A stretch of 64,000 nt of DNA from a virus. Taxonomy: Duplodnaviria > Caudoviricetes. Positions within the stretch are counted from its first letter, which is position 1; each line of letters opens with the position of its first letter. The stretch lies in IMG/VR virus record IMGVR_UViG_3300044627_003892, one strand, 5' to 3'. Below, one piece after another: positions 17,186 to 27,532 of the stretch. The position numbers and the translations under genes are program-made. The notes beneath the pieces were generated by a model. The model had not been told where the DNA came from. It did not search any database and saw only the letters and a program-made list of their open reading frames with translations.

Positions 17186-20023
17186 TTATATGTTTTCAAC
17201 GTAAATTTTGTTTTCCGCAGTAAATGTTCTAGCCGAAAATGTATATAAACTTTCACCTGCGTAGTCTATAGTTTGACTCACACCATTACAATCCACATAA
17301 TTTAAAGTTAAGTCAGGTGGTAATGTTTGACAATAAGTTGTTAACTGGAAATTATAACAACTTGTTGGTGTATAAGTCCCTAAGTCAATTAAATCAAATC
17401 CATCAGGTGATGCAGGACCTGATATCCATCTTGGTGGATAACTAGCATAAGATATAACCGTCATATAACCAATATCTGTGCGTGAACCTAAAGTTTGACT
17501 TACATAATTACCATTAATATTTCTATATTGAACTACCATACTTGAAACTGAGCAATTACCATCTTTTTGATTACCTATTACATACATTTTTAAAGGTTCT
17601 GCCGGTGATGGTGATGGAGTTATACTTAGAGTCGGTGTAACAGTCGGAGTTGGAGTTAATGTAGATGTGTTAGTAGGTGTTTGAGTAATAGTTGGTGTAG
17701 GAGTCAGAGTAGATGTTTTTGTTGGTGTTGGAGTTAATGTTGATGTTTTTGTTGGTGTTGGTGTCACTGTTTTTGTCGGTGTTGGGGTATTTGTTTCTGT
17801 GGGTGTTGGTGTTGTACCAATTGTCGCAGTTACGGATGGAGTTGGGGTATTTGTTGGTGTTAATGTTGGTGTAGGTGTTGGCAAGTTTGGAATTACACAT
17901 GTTAAAATTACAGTTTGGTCTTCTTCAATAAGATATAAATAAAAATTATTATAACAACAATTAGGTATTGTTGTATTATTTACTGTGAATGGAAATGTTT
18001 GATTTGAAGTAATTAAATATCTTGGGTTATCTTCTGAAACTTCATAATACAAATTAAATGTTTTATCCGCAAAAGTAGTTGAACTAAAAGTTAAATTATC
18101 TCCCGATACTATTATACAAATATCATTAATTAATCCATCTGAACAGTCAGGACATCCATAATCAAAAAGTAAAAACGGACTTTTTAAAATTTCAAAATTA
18201 TGTATAACTTCGGGATAACTTAATGGTTCTGTATACATTCTAAATTGTGAAATAGCACCATCAAACGTACCACCAAATGTTGGTTCAATTAAAATATTAG
18301 TAGTTAATGCCGATAATGAAGTTCCCGATAAAGTTTGATTTGGCATAACCTCAGGGTCTTGCATGTAAGTCAATCCTGTTAAGGTTGTTGGACATCCTGT
18401 AAAGGTTAAACTTTCTCTTAACCCTTGAGAACCACCACCCCATGATAAGTTAAAAGGAACACCTAATTGTTTTTCTTTTTCTGTGTTTAACGCTCTTGGA
18501 ATTACTTCTTCAAATCCATTAATAACATAAAATAATCTTCCGTTAATATAAATTTTTAAAACACCTAATCTATCTTCTCTCTCAATTAACCATCTTTCAT
18601 TTAGGTTAACTATTTCAACCTCTTCAGCAGGTGCCGAACCTTCATGAGTAATAGGTGGTTGAATAAGTAAGATACTATTATTTGATAAACTATCAACATA
18701 CTCTGTATCACTAATCAATCCTAATCCACCCCTGTAATATAAATCACAAGTATCAAAGTAAGTACTTCTTTCCCACACACAATCAACTAAAATCCAATGT
18801 TCTTTTGTTGTGTAATCTGAATTTAAATCTTCACAATAATCAAAAATTTGATTTGATGAACAATATTCTGTAATAGTATAACCTGTTTGATAAGTAATTC
18901 CTGTTGTTGGACAAGTCCCCGTTGTAATACATCCTCCTGTAAATGTTAATACTTTAACACAGACTTTTGGATTTTTAGGGTCACCAGATAATCTTAAAGA
19001 AAACGAATTTGACATTGAGTCGTATAACGGGTCTTTATCACTATTTGGGACTTGTGTGGTTGCATTACATCCACAGTTACAATCGGTATTATGTTGTGCT
19101 TTATAAACTAAAGGTTCGTATACCTCAACACATCTTGAATTGGTAACACCCGTGTTTGAACACGCACAAGTTTCTAAACATCCTGATAAAACTGAAGTTA
19201 CTCTTGTATATCCACTATCTGAAGATGGTGAACCTGAGTCATGATGATAAAATTTATTTTCAGCTCTAGCTCCAAAATAAAAAAATGTGTTATCGTTTTC
19301 AGGATAAGTTAAATTTAAAGTTGTTTGAAATGATGTCGGGGCAAATTCATCAACATATCTTGGTCTAATTAACATTTCAGCAGTCCAACCTTCATTAGTT
19401 CTGGTTGGGAATGTTTCGTAGTCATATCCAAACAATTTAAAAAACCCTTGGTAAAAACCGCCGTATAATTGATTATAATATGTTATAGTTAAACCTGATT
19501 TTGAAACCATATTATAAATGGTGTCTTTTGTATTACCCGAAAATCTTTCGTTTGGTGGATTAGTATAACCTGTTATTTGAAATAATTTTGTTCTTCTGTC
19601 AAAGTGATATCTATCCCACTTACTTGACCCAGTGAATAACCCCATCGTATAATTAATTGTTTCACCAGTCATCTGAGGAACTAAACCGTTATCTATACCT
19701 GTTAATCCTATATCACATAATGTAGATGCGGTTAAACAATTTAAATCTTGATTAAGTGGATTGTAGTTATTTAACGAAACTAAAGTATTACCTGATAAAA
19801 AATCACCATAGTTAATCGTTAGTTTTTGTGATGATAAAGGATTATTTAAATCAAAATAAATCGGTAATCTATTACCATCATTATAACCAATAAGATTAGT
19901 TGAAAATACAACTTCTTCATTATAATCTTTTTCATCTGATGCTAAACAAATGTCAAAAATTTTTGGGACGGGTTTAACATACCACTTTTTAAAATTGAAC
20001 TGATTTATATTCTGTTGAGCCAT
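17186..20023 (-). CDS. Large putative virion surface protein: LamG/concanavalin-like domain, Pro/Thr linker and Cys-containing C-terminal modules
   Basis: LKIYINGRL and FDGAISQFRMYTEPLS are LamG-like. About 95 aa of TPTPT repeats. Confidence 0.6.
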   Translation of the reverse strand: MAQQNINQFNFKKWYVKPVPKIFDICLASDEKDYNEEVVFSTNLIGYNDGNRLPIYFDLNNPLSSQKLTINYGDFLSGNTLVSLNNYNPLNQDLNCLTASTLCDIGLTGIDNGLVPQMTGETINYTMGLFTGSSKWDRYHFDRRTKLFQITGYTNPPNERFSGNTKDTIYNMVSKSGLTITYYNQLYGGFYQGFFKLFGYDYETFPTRTNEGWTAEMLIRPRYVDEFAPTSFQTTLNLTYPENDNTFFYFGARAENKFYHHDSGSPSSDSGYTRVTSVLSGCLETCACSNTGVTNSRCVEVYEPLVYKAQHNTDCNCGCNATTQVPNSDKDPLYDSMSNSFSLRLSGDPKNPKVCVKVLTFTGGCITTGTCPTTGITYQTGYTITEYCSSNQIFDYCEDLNSDYTTKEHWILVDCVWERSTYFDTCDLYYRGGLGLISDTEYVDSLSNNSILLIQPPITHEGSAPAEEVEIVNLNERWLIEREDRLGVLKIYINGRLFYVINGFEEVIPRALNTEKEKQLGVPFNLSWGGGSQGLRESLTFTGCPTTLTGLTYMQDPEVMPNQTLSGTSLSALTTNILIEPTFGGTFDGAISQFRMYTEPLSYPEVIHNFEILKSPFLLFDYGCPDCSDGLINDICIIVSGDNLTFSSTTFADKTFNLYYEVSEDNPRYLITSNQTFPFTVNNTTIPNCCYNNFYLYLIEEDQTVILTCVIPNLPTPTPTLTPTNTPTPSVTATIGTTPTPTETNTPTPTKTVTPTPTKTSTLTPTPTKTSTLTPTPTITQTPTNTSTLTPTPTVTPTLSITPSPSPAEPLKMYVIGNQKDGNCSVSSMVVQYRNINGNYVSQTLGSRTDIGYMTVISYASYPPRWISGPASPDGFDLIDLGTYTPTSCYNFQLTTYCQTLPPDLTLNYVDCNGVSQTIDYAGESLYTFSARTFTAENKIYVENI
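17600..17885 (-). repeat. Pro/Thr (TPTPT) low-complexity mucin-like repeat
   Basis: Degenerate tandem ggtgttggtgt/ggagtt units encoding PTPTPTLTPTNTPTPS... Confidence 0.9.
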
Positions 20024-20030
20024 TCTATTG

Positions 20031-20057
20031 ATAAATAGTTAAATCCAAGTATTTATA
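20031..20057. promoter_or_regulatory. Back-to-back divergent TATTTAT motifs
   Basis: Minus motif 20031-20037 serves 17186..20023. Plus motif 20050-20057 serves 20071..20943. Confidence 0.6.
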
Positions 20058-20070
20058 TGTAAAATACCAA

Positions 20071-20943
20071 ATGGAATTTAATAAAGAATATTTTTCGTCA
20101 CCTTATTACTTCTATATCAAAGAGGGTAAAGATACTATTTCCGTTTATTTTAGTGTTAGCAATACTTTAACTGAAGCTAGAAAAAAAGATGAAATTGTAA
20201 AATTTGATAAAAAAAATAAAAAAGAGGTTGAAAAAACAATTTCAAAAATTCAAAAAGAAAAAAAATTAAAGAATAATTCTGATGTTAAAAAAACTTTAAC
20301 AAAAAAGAAAGATGAACTTGGTGAATTGGTTGATTACGACGGTTCTTTTTTGAGTTCAAAAATTCCAATTCACAACCCTTACTTAGCACCAAAGAGTACA
20401 ATGGACCAAGAGGTTGTTGCAACAAGACAAACAAACAATCCTATTACTCGTGGATATCGTGTTTATTGGGGTGAAGGTGAAGAAGAAACAGATGAGGTAA
20501 TTAACGAAACTGACTTTTCCGATGCATTTGGTTATGAAGAAACAAAAGACAAAAATGGTCCTGAAACTTTTAAAACATTTGTTAAAGAATTAGGTTTAGA
20601 TAAAGATGAGGCCGCTGAAAGAACAAGACAACAAGGTAAAGAACCTGACGCTGAAAAACATAGAAGAAAATTAAATGCAGTACCTAAAAAAATCAAAAAA
20701 CAAAAAGGTTTTATTGATAGAATGACAATTTCAGAAAAATCGGAGCTCGAAAATATTAAAAAACAACAAGCAGTTGATATGGTTGAGGATATTGTTTTAG
20801 GTAAAAAAAGTTCGGACAAAGAGGTTGGTAAAAAGAAAAGTGGTGTTAGTAAATTATTAATGAAAAACTTAGAAAATATTAAAAAAATTGCTGAGAAAGA
20901 AGGTTTAGAATTAAATGATTTAATTAAAATATTAAAGAAATGA
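20071..20943 (+). CDS. Hypothetical protein (Lys/Glu-rich)
   Basis: 290-aa ORF preceded by a TATTTATA motif. Confidence 0.7.
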   Translation: MEFNKEYFSSPYYFYIKEGKDTISVYFSVSNTLTEARKKDEIVKFDKKNKKEVEKTISKIQKEKKLKNNSDVKKTLTKKKDELGELVDYDGSFLSSKIPIHNPYLAPKSTMDQEVVATRQTNNPITRGYRVYWGEGEEETDEVINETDFSDAFGYEETKDKNGPETFKTFVKELGLDKDEAAERTRQQGKEPDAEKHRRKLNAVPKKIKKQKGFIDRMTISEKSELENIKKQQAVDMVEDIVLGKKSSDKEVGKKKSGVSKLLMKNLENIKKIAEKEGLELNDLIKILKK

Positions 20944-21350
20944 ACAACGAATTATACGGAAAAAAATATGAGATTCCTGAAAATGTTTTAAATTCTTTAG
21001 AAAATCATAAAGATGAAACCACTATAAAAAATATTTTTACTAATGGGTATCTTACATACCAAAACATGAAAAAAATTCTTCACGATATTGATAACAATAA
21101 GTTTCAGGGTAGAGATTTAAATTCATTAAAATCATTTATTACCCAAAATTTAGGTTCTGATAGAGGAAGTATTAATAGACAAAAAAGAGATGCTAGTGAT
21201 TCGGGTATGCAAAACCAATATTTATCGGCACACCAAAAAAATGACCCAAGAAATATAACAGATAAACCACATTCAAAATTATATGAAAATAATAAAGAAG
21301 TGGTTGAGAGTTTAAAAAGAATAAACGAAATAATGAGACAAATACTTTAA
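20940..21350 (+). CDS. Hypothetical protein
   Basis: 136-aa ORF with ATGA overlap to the upstream gene. Confidence 0.65.
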   Translation: MNNELYGKKYEIPENVLNSLENHKDETTIKNIFTNGYLTYQNMKKILHDIDNNKFQGRDLNSLKSFITQNLGSDRGSINRQKRDASDSGMQNQYLSAHQKNDPRNITDKPHSKLYENNKEVVESLKRINEIMRQIL

Positions 21351-21354
21351 AATT

Positions 21355-21651
21355 ATGGCAGCAGAAAAAGAACCAGTTGACACACAACAACCATCTAATA
21401 AGTTATCTGAAATTTCAGATAGAATTAGAAAAGATTTAATTACCAGAAATAACTATGGTGGTGATAAAAACATTTACGGAGCAACAAACAAAGATGCTAT
21501 CGGTGATGGTGACCTACAAGGTAAGGGTACAGGTAGTTTCTTAGACATCTATAATGGTGGTAACATCACAGATAATGTTGAAAGAAAGAGTGAAATTAAA
21601 ATAAACACATATCAACCAGGAAAAGAATACAATACTCCTCCTACGTCGTAA
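21355..21651 (+). CDS. Hypothetical protein
   Basis: 98-aa ORF in the operon. Confidence 0.65.
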   Translation: MAAEKEPVDTQQPSNKLSEISDRIRKDLITRNNYGGDKNIYGATNKDAIGDGDLQGKGTGSFLDIYNGGNITDNVERKSEIKINTYQPGKEYNTPPTS

Positions 21652-22055
21652 TGAAACTTTACAATATTTTAAAAAAAGTTATTGTTGAAGCAAGTACTGA
21701 TGATATTACCTCTTCTATCAAAAATAAAAATTTGGTAACAATTTATTATGATGGAGATGATGATGGGAATTATACAGGAAAAGGTTTAAGAGTTATTGAA
21801 CCATTCTGTTACGGAACATCAAAAAAAGGTAATATGGTAATCAGAGCTTGGGACCGTGAAGGAGCTTCGTATACTGGTTCAAAAGGTGAACAACCTTTAC
21901 CAGGATGGAGGTTATTTAGAGTTGATAGAATAGGAAATTATTCTGTTAATCCTTTAGAAAATTTCACAGAACCAAGACCACTCTACAATCCTGATGATAA
22001 AGGTATGGTAGGACTAAAAATATGTGCAAAATTTGAATTAGAAGACAATGGATAG
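21651..22055 (+). CDS. Stand-alone WYL-domain protein
   Basis: VTIYY...RVIEPFCYG...IRAW...WRLFRVDRI follows the WYL SH3-like pattern. Confidence 0.75.
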   Translation: MKLYNILKKVIVEASTDDITSSIKNKNLVTIYYDGDDDGNYTGKGLRVIEPFCYGTSKKGNMVIRAWDREGASYTGSKGEQPLPGWRLFRVDRIGNYSVNPLENFTEPRPLYNPDDKGMVGLKICAKFELEDNG

Positions 22056-22632
22056 TTTAATGGAAAAATTAATGGTGTCTAAACAAATCATGGATAGACA
22101 TAACGATATGGACAGAGGTTCATTACCAAAATCAAATAGACCAAGTATGTCTGAGTCGTATTCTCGTGATGAATACGAAGAGAAACCAATACAATCAAGT
22201 TACAATATTCCTGAAGAATATTTATCTTCAGCACCCCCAACACCAAAATCACCACCTGTAGTAACTGAAGATAGAATTAAAAACTCTAAATTACCAGATG
22301 CTATTAAAAAATTAATGATTGAACATCCTATACAACAACCACAATCATACGCACCAACATTATCAAATGAGGTTATTGAAAAAGCTGCAAGATTAATGGG
22401 AAATAAACAACCTGTTTCTGAATCAACTCAACAACAACCAAGACAACAAAATACATCATTTAATTTATCCGCAGCTGATATAAAAAAAATTGTTAGAGAA
22501 ACTATTGAAGAAGTATTAAGTGAAAATGGATTAATGGTTGAGTCGACTCAAAAATCTAATGAATTAATGACTATTAAAGTTGGTAAACATGTTTTTGAAG
22601 GTAAAATCTCTAAAATTAAGAAAGTTCAATAA
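22048..22632 (+). CDS. Hypothetical protein
   Basis: 194-aa ORF, last gene before a terminator hairpin. Confidence 0.7.
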   Translation: MDSLMEKLMVSKQIMDRHNDMDRGSLPKSNRPSMSESYSRDEYEEKPIQSSYNIPEEYLSSAPPTPKSPPVVTEDRIKNSKLPDAIKKLMIEHPIQQPQSYAPTLSNEVIEKAARLMGNKQPVSESTQQQPRQQNTSFNLSAADIKKIVRETIEEVLSENGLMVESTQKSNELMTIKVGKHVFEGKISKIKKVQ

Positions 22633-22655
22633 CCTTTAATTATTATAATTAAAAT

Positions 22656-22679
22656 AAGTCTCCGTTAGGGGACTTTTTT
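22656..22679 (+). terminator. Rho-independent terminator separating the late operon from the glycosylation locus
   Basis: AAGTCTCC-GTTA-GGGGACTT followed by TTTT. Confidence 0.8.
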
Positions 22680-22690
22680 GTTTGTAAAGG

Positions 22691-22719
22691 TTGAATTATC
22701 CTATTATTTTATCTATCTT
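22691..22719 (+). promoter_or_regulatory. Candidate host-sigma promoter of the glycosylation locus
   Basis: TTGAAT-N17-TATCTT immediately after the 22656 terminator. No TATTTAT motif here. Confidence 0.4.
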
Positions 22720-22726
22720 TTTACTT

Positions 22727-23941
22727 ATGAATGCAAAAATTAAAGTTTTAGTTATCCCTTCTGACACAACAGGTGTTGGTAGATTTAGGTCAATAACACC
22801 TCACACACATCTACAATCGTTATATAATGATGATTTTCATATTGATATTGAATTTAATCCTGATTTAAATAACTTAAATTATTTTAAAGATTATCAAATT
22901 ATTCATTATCACCGTTCTCTTGGTCAAGATATGGATAGGTCGGTACAGGTTGTACCAATTCTTAATTCTTTAGGAATTATAACAATATGTGATTTAGACG
23001 ATTATTGGTTACCAGGCAATGAACACCCACTTCACCAGTTAATTATCCAAGAAAAAATACACGAAAAAATTGTTGCAAATTTAAAAGTTGCAAAATATGT
23101 AACTACAACTACTGAGTTATTTGCGGATGAAATAAGAAAACATAATAAAAATGTTGTAATTTTCCCAAATGCAATTGACCATAAAGAAGCTCAATTTAAT
23201 GAGCCCACTGAAGAATCTGACTTGGTGAGAGTTGGTTGGTTAGGTGGTTCATCACACTTACATGATTTGATGTTACTTGATGGCATGGTATCTAAACTTT
23301 CTGATATTCAGAAAAATTTACAATTTGTTGTTTGTGGTTTTGATACTCGTGGTATGATGACTGAAATTAACCAACAAACAGGGGAGAAAAAACAAAGACC
23401 AATTAAACCACACGAGACTGTATGGTACGATTACGAAAAAATATTTACAAACAATTATTCAATTGTTACTCCCGAATATAAAAAACATTTAGAATTATTT
23501 GTTCAAACACCTTATGAAAATGAACAAAACCAATCATATAGAAGAGTTTGGACAAAACCTGTCACATCTTACGCTCGTAATTATTCTAAATTTGACATAT
23601 CTTTGGCACCGATTAAACAACACATGTTTAACAAAGTAAAATCACAACTTAAAGTTATTGAGGCAGGTTTTTATAAGAAAGCGTTAATTGCAACTAACTA
23701 CGGACCGTATACAATTGATTTAAAACATTCATTAAAGAATGGTGAATTTACAGATGGAAACGCTCTTTTAGTCGATGACGTAAGAAATCATAGTGATTGG
23801 GCAAAATACATTAAAAAATTAGTCCAAAACCCAAACATGAGAATTGATATGGGAGAAAGACTATATGAACATGTTTCTAAACACTATAGTTTAGATGTAG
23901 TTACAAAAACAAGAGCAGAATTTTATAAATCAATCGTATGA
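22727..23941 (+). CDS. Glycosyltransferase, GT-B fold (GT4-like); start corrected to ATG 22727
   Basis: GVGRFRSITPH, DLDDYW, VGWLGGSSH, and KSQLKVIEAGFYKKALIATNYGPY. Confidence 0.85.
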   Translation: MNAKIKVLVIPSDTTGVGRFRSITPHTHLQSLYNDDFHIDIEFNPDLNNLNYFKDYQIIHYHRSLGQDMDRSVQVVPILNSLGIITICDLDDYWLPGNEHPLHQLIIQEKIHEKIVANLKVAKYVTTTTELFADEIRKHNKNVVIFPNAIDHKEAQFNEPTEESDLVRVGWLGGSSHLHDLMLLDGMVSKLSDIQKNLQFVVCGFDTRGMMTEINQQTGEKKQRPIKPHETVWYDYEKIFTNNYSIVTPEYKKHLELFVQTPYENEQNQSYRRVWTKPVTSYARNYSKFDISLAPIKQHMFNKVKSQLKVIEAGFYKKALIATNYGPYTIDLKHSLKNGEFTDGNALLVDDVRNHSDWAKYIKKLVQNPNMRIDMGERLYEHVSKHYSLDVVTKTRAEFYKSIV

Positions 23942-24636
23942 TAAAGCACCCATTACACAAAATCTTATTTATTGACATTGAAACTGTTGGGGTTTCAAGT
24001 AATTATGAAAATTTCAAAAAGGATTATCCTGAACTTCATTTCCAATTTATTAATTATTTGGATTGGTTTAAAAAAAGGTTTCCTGAAGATAGTGAATTAA
24101 GTTTGGACGAAATATTTGTTAACAGAGCCGCTCTTGTTCCCGAATTTTCAAAGATTGTTTGTGTTTCAGTAGGATTTGTTGACCCAAAGGGTGATATTAA
24201 AAAACAAAGTTTCTTTAACTCAGACGAAAAAGTATTACTTAAAGACGCTAACACATTATTAAATCGTGTAGACAAGTTAGGATTTATTCTTTGCGGACAT
24301 AATCTTAAGAACTTTGATATTCCTGTATTAGCAAAAAGAATGTTAATAAATGGTATCTTACCATCATCAATACTTCCATCTTATGATACTAAACCGTGGG
24401 AAATTAAGGCAATAGATACAAAAGAAATTTGGCAGTACGGACAATTTGGTGCTATTAGTTCATTAGAATTAATGTGTGTATCACTTGGTATTGAAAGTCC
24501 TAAAAACATGGAAGTGACTGGTAATAAAGTTCATAACGCATTTTGGAATGAAAACAAATACCAAGAAATTCAAGACTATTGTGAAAAAGATGTTGAAGTA
24601 TTAATAAAAGTTTTAATAAAGTTAACAAACTTATGA
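23938..24636 (+). CDS. DEDDy 3'-5' exonuclease (PolB exonuclease-like, stand-alone)
   Basis: FIDIET, GHNLKNFDIP and YCEKDV motifs. Confidence 0.85.
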   Translation: MIKHPLHKILFIDIETVGVSSNYENFKKDYPELHFQFINYLDWFKKRFPEDSELSLDEIFVNRAALVPEFSKIVCVSVGFVDPKGDIKKQSFFNSDEKVLLKDANTLLNRVDKLGFILCGHNLKNFDIPVLAKRMLINGILPSSILPSYDTKPWEIKAIDTKEIWQYGQFGAISSLELMCVSLGIESPKNMEVTGNKVHNAFWNENKYQEIQDYCEKDVEVLIKVLIKLTNL

Positions 24637-25217
24637 GTAAAGAATTAGATTTTAAAGAAGAATTAGAGACATTACAAAATTTTTTAAAACAAATGTCCAA
24701 TCCTGACACAGATGAAAATGAATTATTAATTTCGGATGAAGAGTTATCAAATTTGAGTGAAGAAATGGAAAATATGATTTATAAAGTTGACCTTAACTAC
24801 TCTTCAAAAGAAGGAAGAATATTAAGTTACAATTATGAATCCGATAGTGGGTTTGACTTATATTCTATTGAACAAATCACTATACCTGCCTTTGGTAGAG
24901 CTTTAGTTCCAACAGGTATTGTTTTAGATATCCCTGAAGGATTTGAGGTACAGATAAGGTCTAAAAGTGGTTTAGCTCTTAATCAGGGATTAATGGTGTT
25001 AAATAGTCCTGGAACAATTGACCAAGGGTACATTGGTGAAATTAAAGTAATAATCTTTAACACTAATAACCATTCAGTAATAATTGAACGAGGTATGAAA
25101 GTTGCTCAAGCTGTTTTAGCAAATGTCGTTAGTGGAAAATTTGTAACATTAAATAAAATTGAAAATGTGGACCAAAAAGAAAGAGGTTCTAATGGTTTTG
25201 GAAGTACAGGAATATGA
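24633..25217 (+). CDS. dut: Trimeric dUTPase
   Basis: SGFDL, RSKSGLA, GTIDQGYIGEIKV and RGSNGFGSTG motifs. Confidence 0.95.
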   Translation: MSKELDFKEELETLQNFLKQMSNPDTDENELLISDEELSNLSEEMENMIYKVDLNYSSKEGRILSYNYESDSGFDLYSIEQITIPAFGRALVPTGIVLDIPEGFEVQIRSKSGLALNQGLMVLNSPGTIDQGYIGEIKVIIFNTNNHSVIIERGMKVAQAVLANVVSGKFVTLNKIENVDQKERGSNGFGSTGI

Positions 25218-26851
25218 TAACAATAGGATATAGTACACGAAATTCTAACCCTGGATTTCAAGAATATTTAAAAAAATCTTCTGGACACCCCAAGGTTCAA
25301 ATTATTGAAAAGGTAAACAATGGTGAAAAAAATCTTTCACAAGTTTATAACGAGATTATATCAGAATCTAATTTTGATATAATTGTATTATGTCATGACG
25401 ATATCTATTTTGACACAAATAATTGGGCATCAAAATTAGTTAAACAATTTGATAAAAATCTTGATTATGGAATATTTGGTATGGCAGGTACAACAGAAAT
25501 GCCTACAAGTGGAATGTGGTGGGAAGATAGGTCAAAGATGTATGGTATAGTAAATCATGAATCTGAAGGTAAAAAATGGGAATCAAAATATTCTGAGTCA
25601 TTAGGAAATGATATTAAAGAAGTAGTTGTTGTTGATGGTGTGTTTATTGCAATTAACAAACAAAAGATTAATTCTAATTTTGACGAAACAGTTAGTGGAT
25701 TTCACATGTACGATGTCAATTTTTGTTTTAAAAATTTTTTAGAAAATGTTAAAATTGGTGTTTTAACTAATATCAGATTAACACATAAATCTATTGGAAT
25801 GACAAATGAAAAGTGGGAAGAAAATAAAAATTTATTTGCTAGGAAATATTCAGAATTTTTACCTAAAAAAGTAAAATTTACTGAACATAGTAAATTAAAT
25901 GTATTAATATCATGTTTATTTTTTCAAAAATTTACAGGTTCTGAGATGTATGTTTTTGAACTTGCTAAAAATTTGGTAAAACAAAATTGTGATGTCACAA
26001 TTGTTGCCTCTGAAACAAATGGTCCATTAGTGTTAATGGCAACTAAATTAGGGATTAAAGTTAAAAATATTAAAGAACCACCTGGATATAAATTAGGTGA
26101 TGGACAATGGGTTGTAATGACACCTGAAGGTCCTAAACCATCAATCCCTAATAATTATTATAAAATTTCAGAAACCCATTTTGATATTATCCATTGTCAA
26201 CATAAACCTATTGTTAATATGATGAATTTGTTATATCCAAATGTTGATAAAATATCAACAATTCATTCTGAAGTAATTGAATTAGAAAATCCTGTTATTC
26301 ATCCGTCAATTAAAAAATATATTGCAATTAGACCTGAGATTAAAGAACATATTATTTCTAATTTTAACATATCTGAAAATATGGTTGACGTTATCTATAA
26401 CCCAATAGATGAAACTAAATTTTTTAATAAAGATTTAAATTCTGAAAATTACGTTCTATTTGTCGGTTCAATTGATTACCTGAGAGAAAAAACTATACGT
26501 GATTTAATTGAGTACACTAAAGAAAATAATAAAGAATTATGGTTAGTCGGTGAAAACAAATCAAATTATCTTTCAGATATAACTAAAAATTCTCATGTTA
26601 AATTTCATGGACCAACATTAGACGTGGATAAATATATTCATAAATGTTCTGAAACCGCAGGAATACTTTTAGGTAGAACTACTATTGAAGGATGGATGTG
26701 TGGTAAAAAAGGATGGATATATGATGTGGATAATATGGGTAACGTAATTAATAAAGAATTATTTGATATTCCTGAGGACACTGATAAATTTAAATCTTTA
26801 AATGTTACTCAAAAAATTAAAAAAAGTTATTTAGATATATTAAATAAATGA
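25214..26851 (+). CDS. Bifunctional glycosyltransferase (GT2-like N-domain + GT-B C-domain)
   Basis: LCHDDI, VVVDGVF and FHMYDV in the N-domain. GSEMYVFELAK and GRTTIEGW in the C-domain. Confidence 0.8.
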   Translation: MITIGYSTRNSNPGFQEYLKKSSGHPKVQIIEKVNNGEKNLSQVYNEIISESNFDIIVLCHDDIYFDTNNWASKLVKQFDKNLDYGIFGMAGTTEMPTSGMWWEDRSKMYGIVNHESEGKKWESKYSESLGNDIKEVVVVDGVFIAINKQKINSNFDETVSGFHMYDVNFCFKNFLENVKIGVLTNIRLTHKSIGMTNEKWEENKNLFARKYSEFLPKKVKFTEHSKLNVLISCLFFQKFTGSEMYVFELAKNLVKQNCDVTIVASETNGPLVLMATKLGIKVKNIKEPPGYKLGDGQWVVMTPEGPKPSIPNNYYKISETHFDIIHCQHKPIVNMMNLLYPNVDKISTIHSEVIELENPVIHPSIKKYIAIRPEIKEHIISNFNISENMVDVIYNPIDETKFFNKDLNSENYVLFVGSIDYLREKTIRDLIEYTKENNKELWLVGENKSNYLSDITKNSHVKFHGPTLDVDKYIHKCSETAGILLGRTTIEGWMCGKKGWIYDVDNMGNVINKELFDIPEDTDKFKSLNVTQKIKKSYLDILNK

Positions 26852-27531
26852 TAGTTGGTAATGGGTTAATTGCTTCAGTTTTTTTAAAAAATGAAGAAAA
26901 TTATAAAGATTATATTATTTTTGCATCAGGTGTTTCCTCATCAAAAGAGACTAAATATGAGGAATTTGAAAGAGAAAAAACTTTATTAAAAAATGTATTA
27001 AAAAAAAATAATGATTTAAAATTAATATATTTCAGTACTATTCTTTCAGATAAAATTGATAATCCTTATTATCAACACAAATTAAATATTGAAAATTATA
27101 TAAAAAAAAATTGTAACAATTATAAAATTTATAGAATACCACAAATTCTAGGTTATAGTGGAAATAATGATAATTTAGTTAATTATTTCGTAAATAAAAT
27201 AAAAAAAAACGAGGAGATTAGTTTATATAAAAATGTTAAAAGGTCAATTTTAGACGTTGAGGATTTAAAAAACATTGTTGATGTAAACATAAAGAGTCCA
27301 AAAAATGAAATATTAAATATATCATCAATTGAAAAAATAAGTGTTGTTAATTTATGTAAAAAAATTGGGGATATCCTTAATATAAAACCAAAAATTAAAA
27401 CTATTATTGTTGATACAAAATTAGATTGGGATACACGAAATAGTAGAAAAATTAATGAAATAATTAATAGTTTAGATTTAATTAAAAAAAATTATACTAA
27501 TAACACATTAATAAAATATATTAAAAAATAA
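26848..27531 (+). CDS. NAD-dependent epimerase/dehydratase-like SDR
   Basis: N-terminal IVGNGLIA, FASGVS and YxxxK (YYQHK). Confidence 0.7.
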   Translation: MIVGNGLIASVFLKNEENYKDYIIFASGVSSSKETKYEEFEREKTLLKNVLKKNNDLKLIYFSTILSDKIDNPYYQHKLNIENYIKKNCNNYKIYRIPQILGYSGNNDNLVNYFVNKIKKNEEISLYKNVKRSILDVEDLKNIVDVNIKSPKNEILNISSIEKISVVNLCKKIGDILNIKPKIKTIIVDTKLDWDTRNSRKINEIINSLDLIKKNYTNNTLIKYIKK

Positions 27532-27532
27532 T

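Noticed and set aside
17670-17900. Asn/Thr-rich 76-aa ORF
   Set aside because: Alternate-frame readout of the TPTPT repeat.
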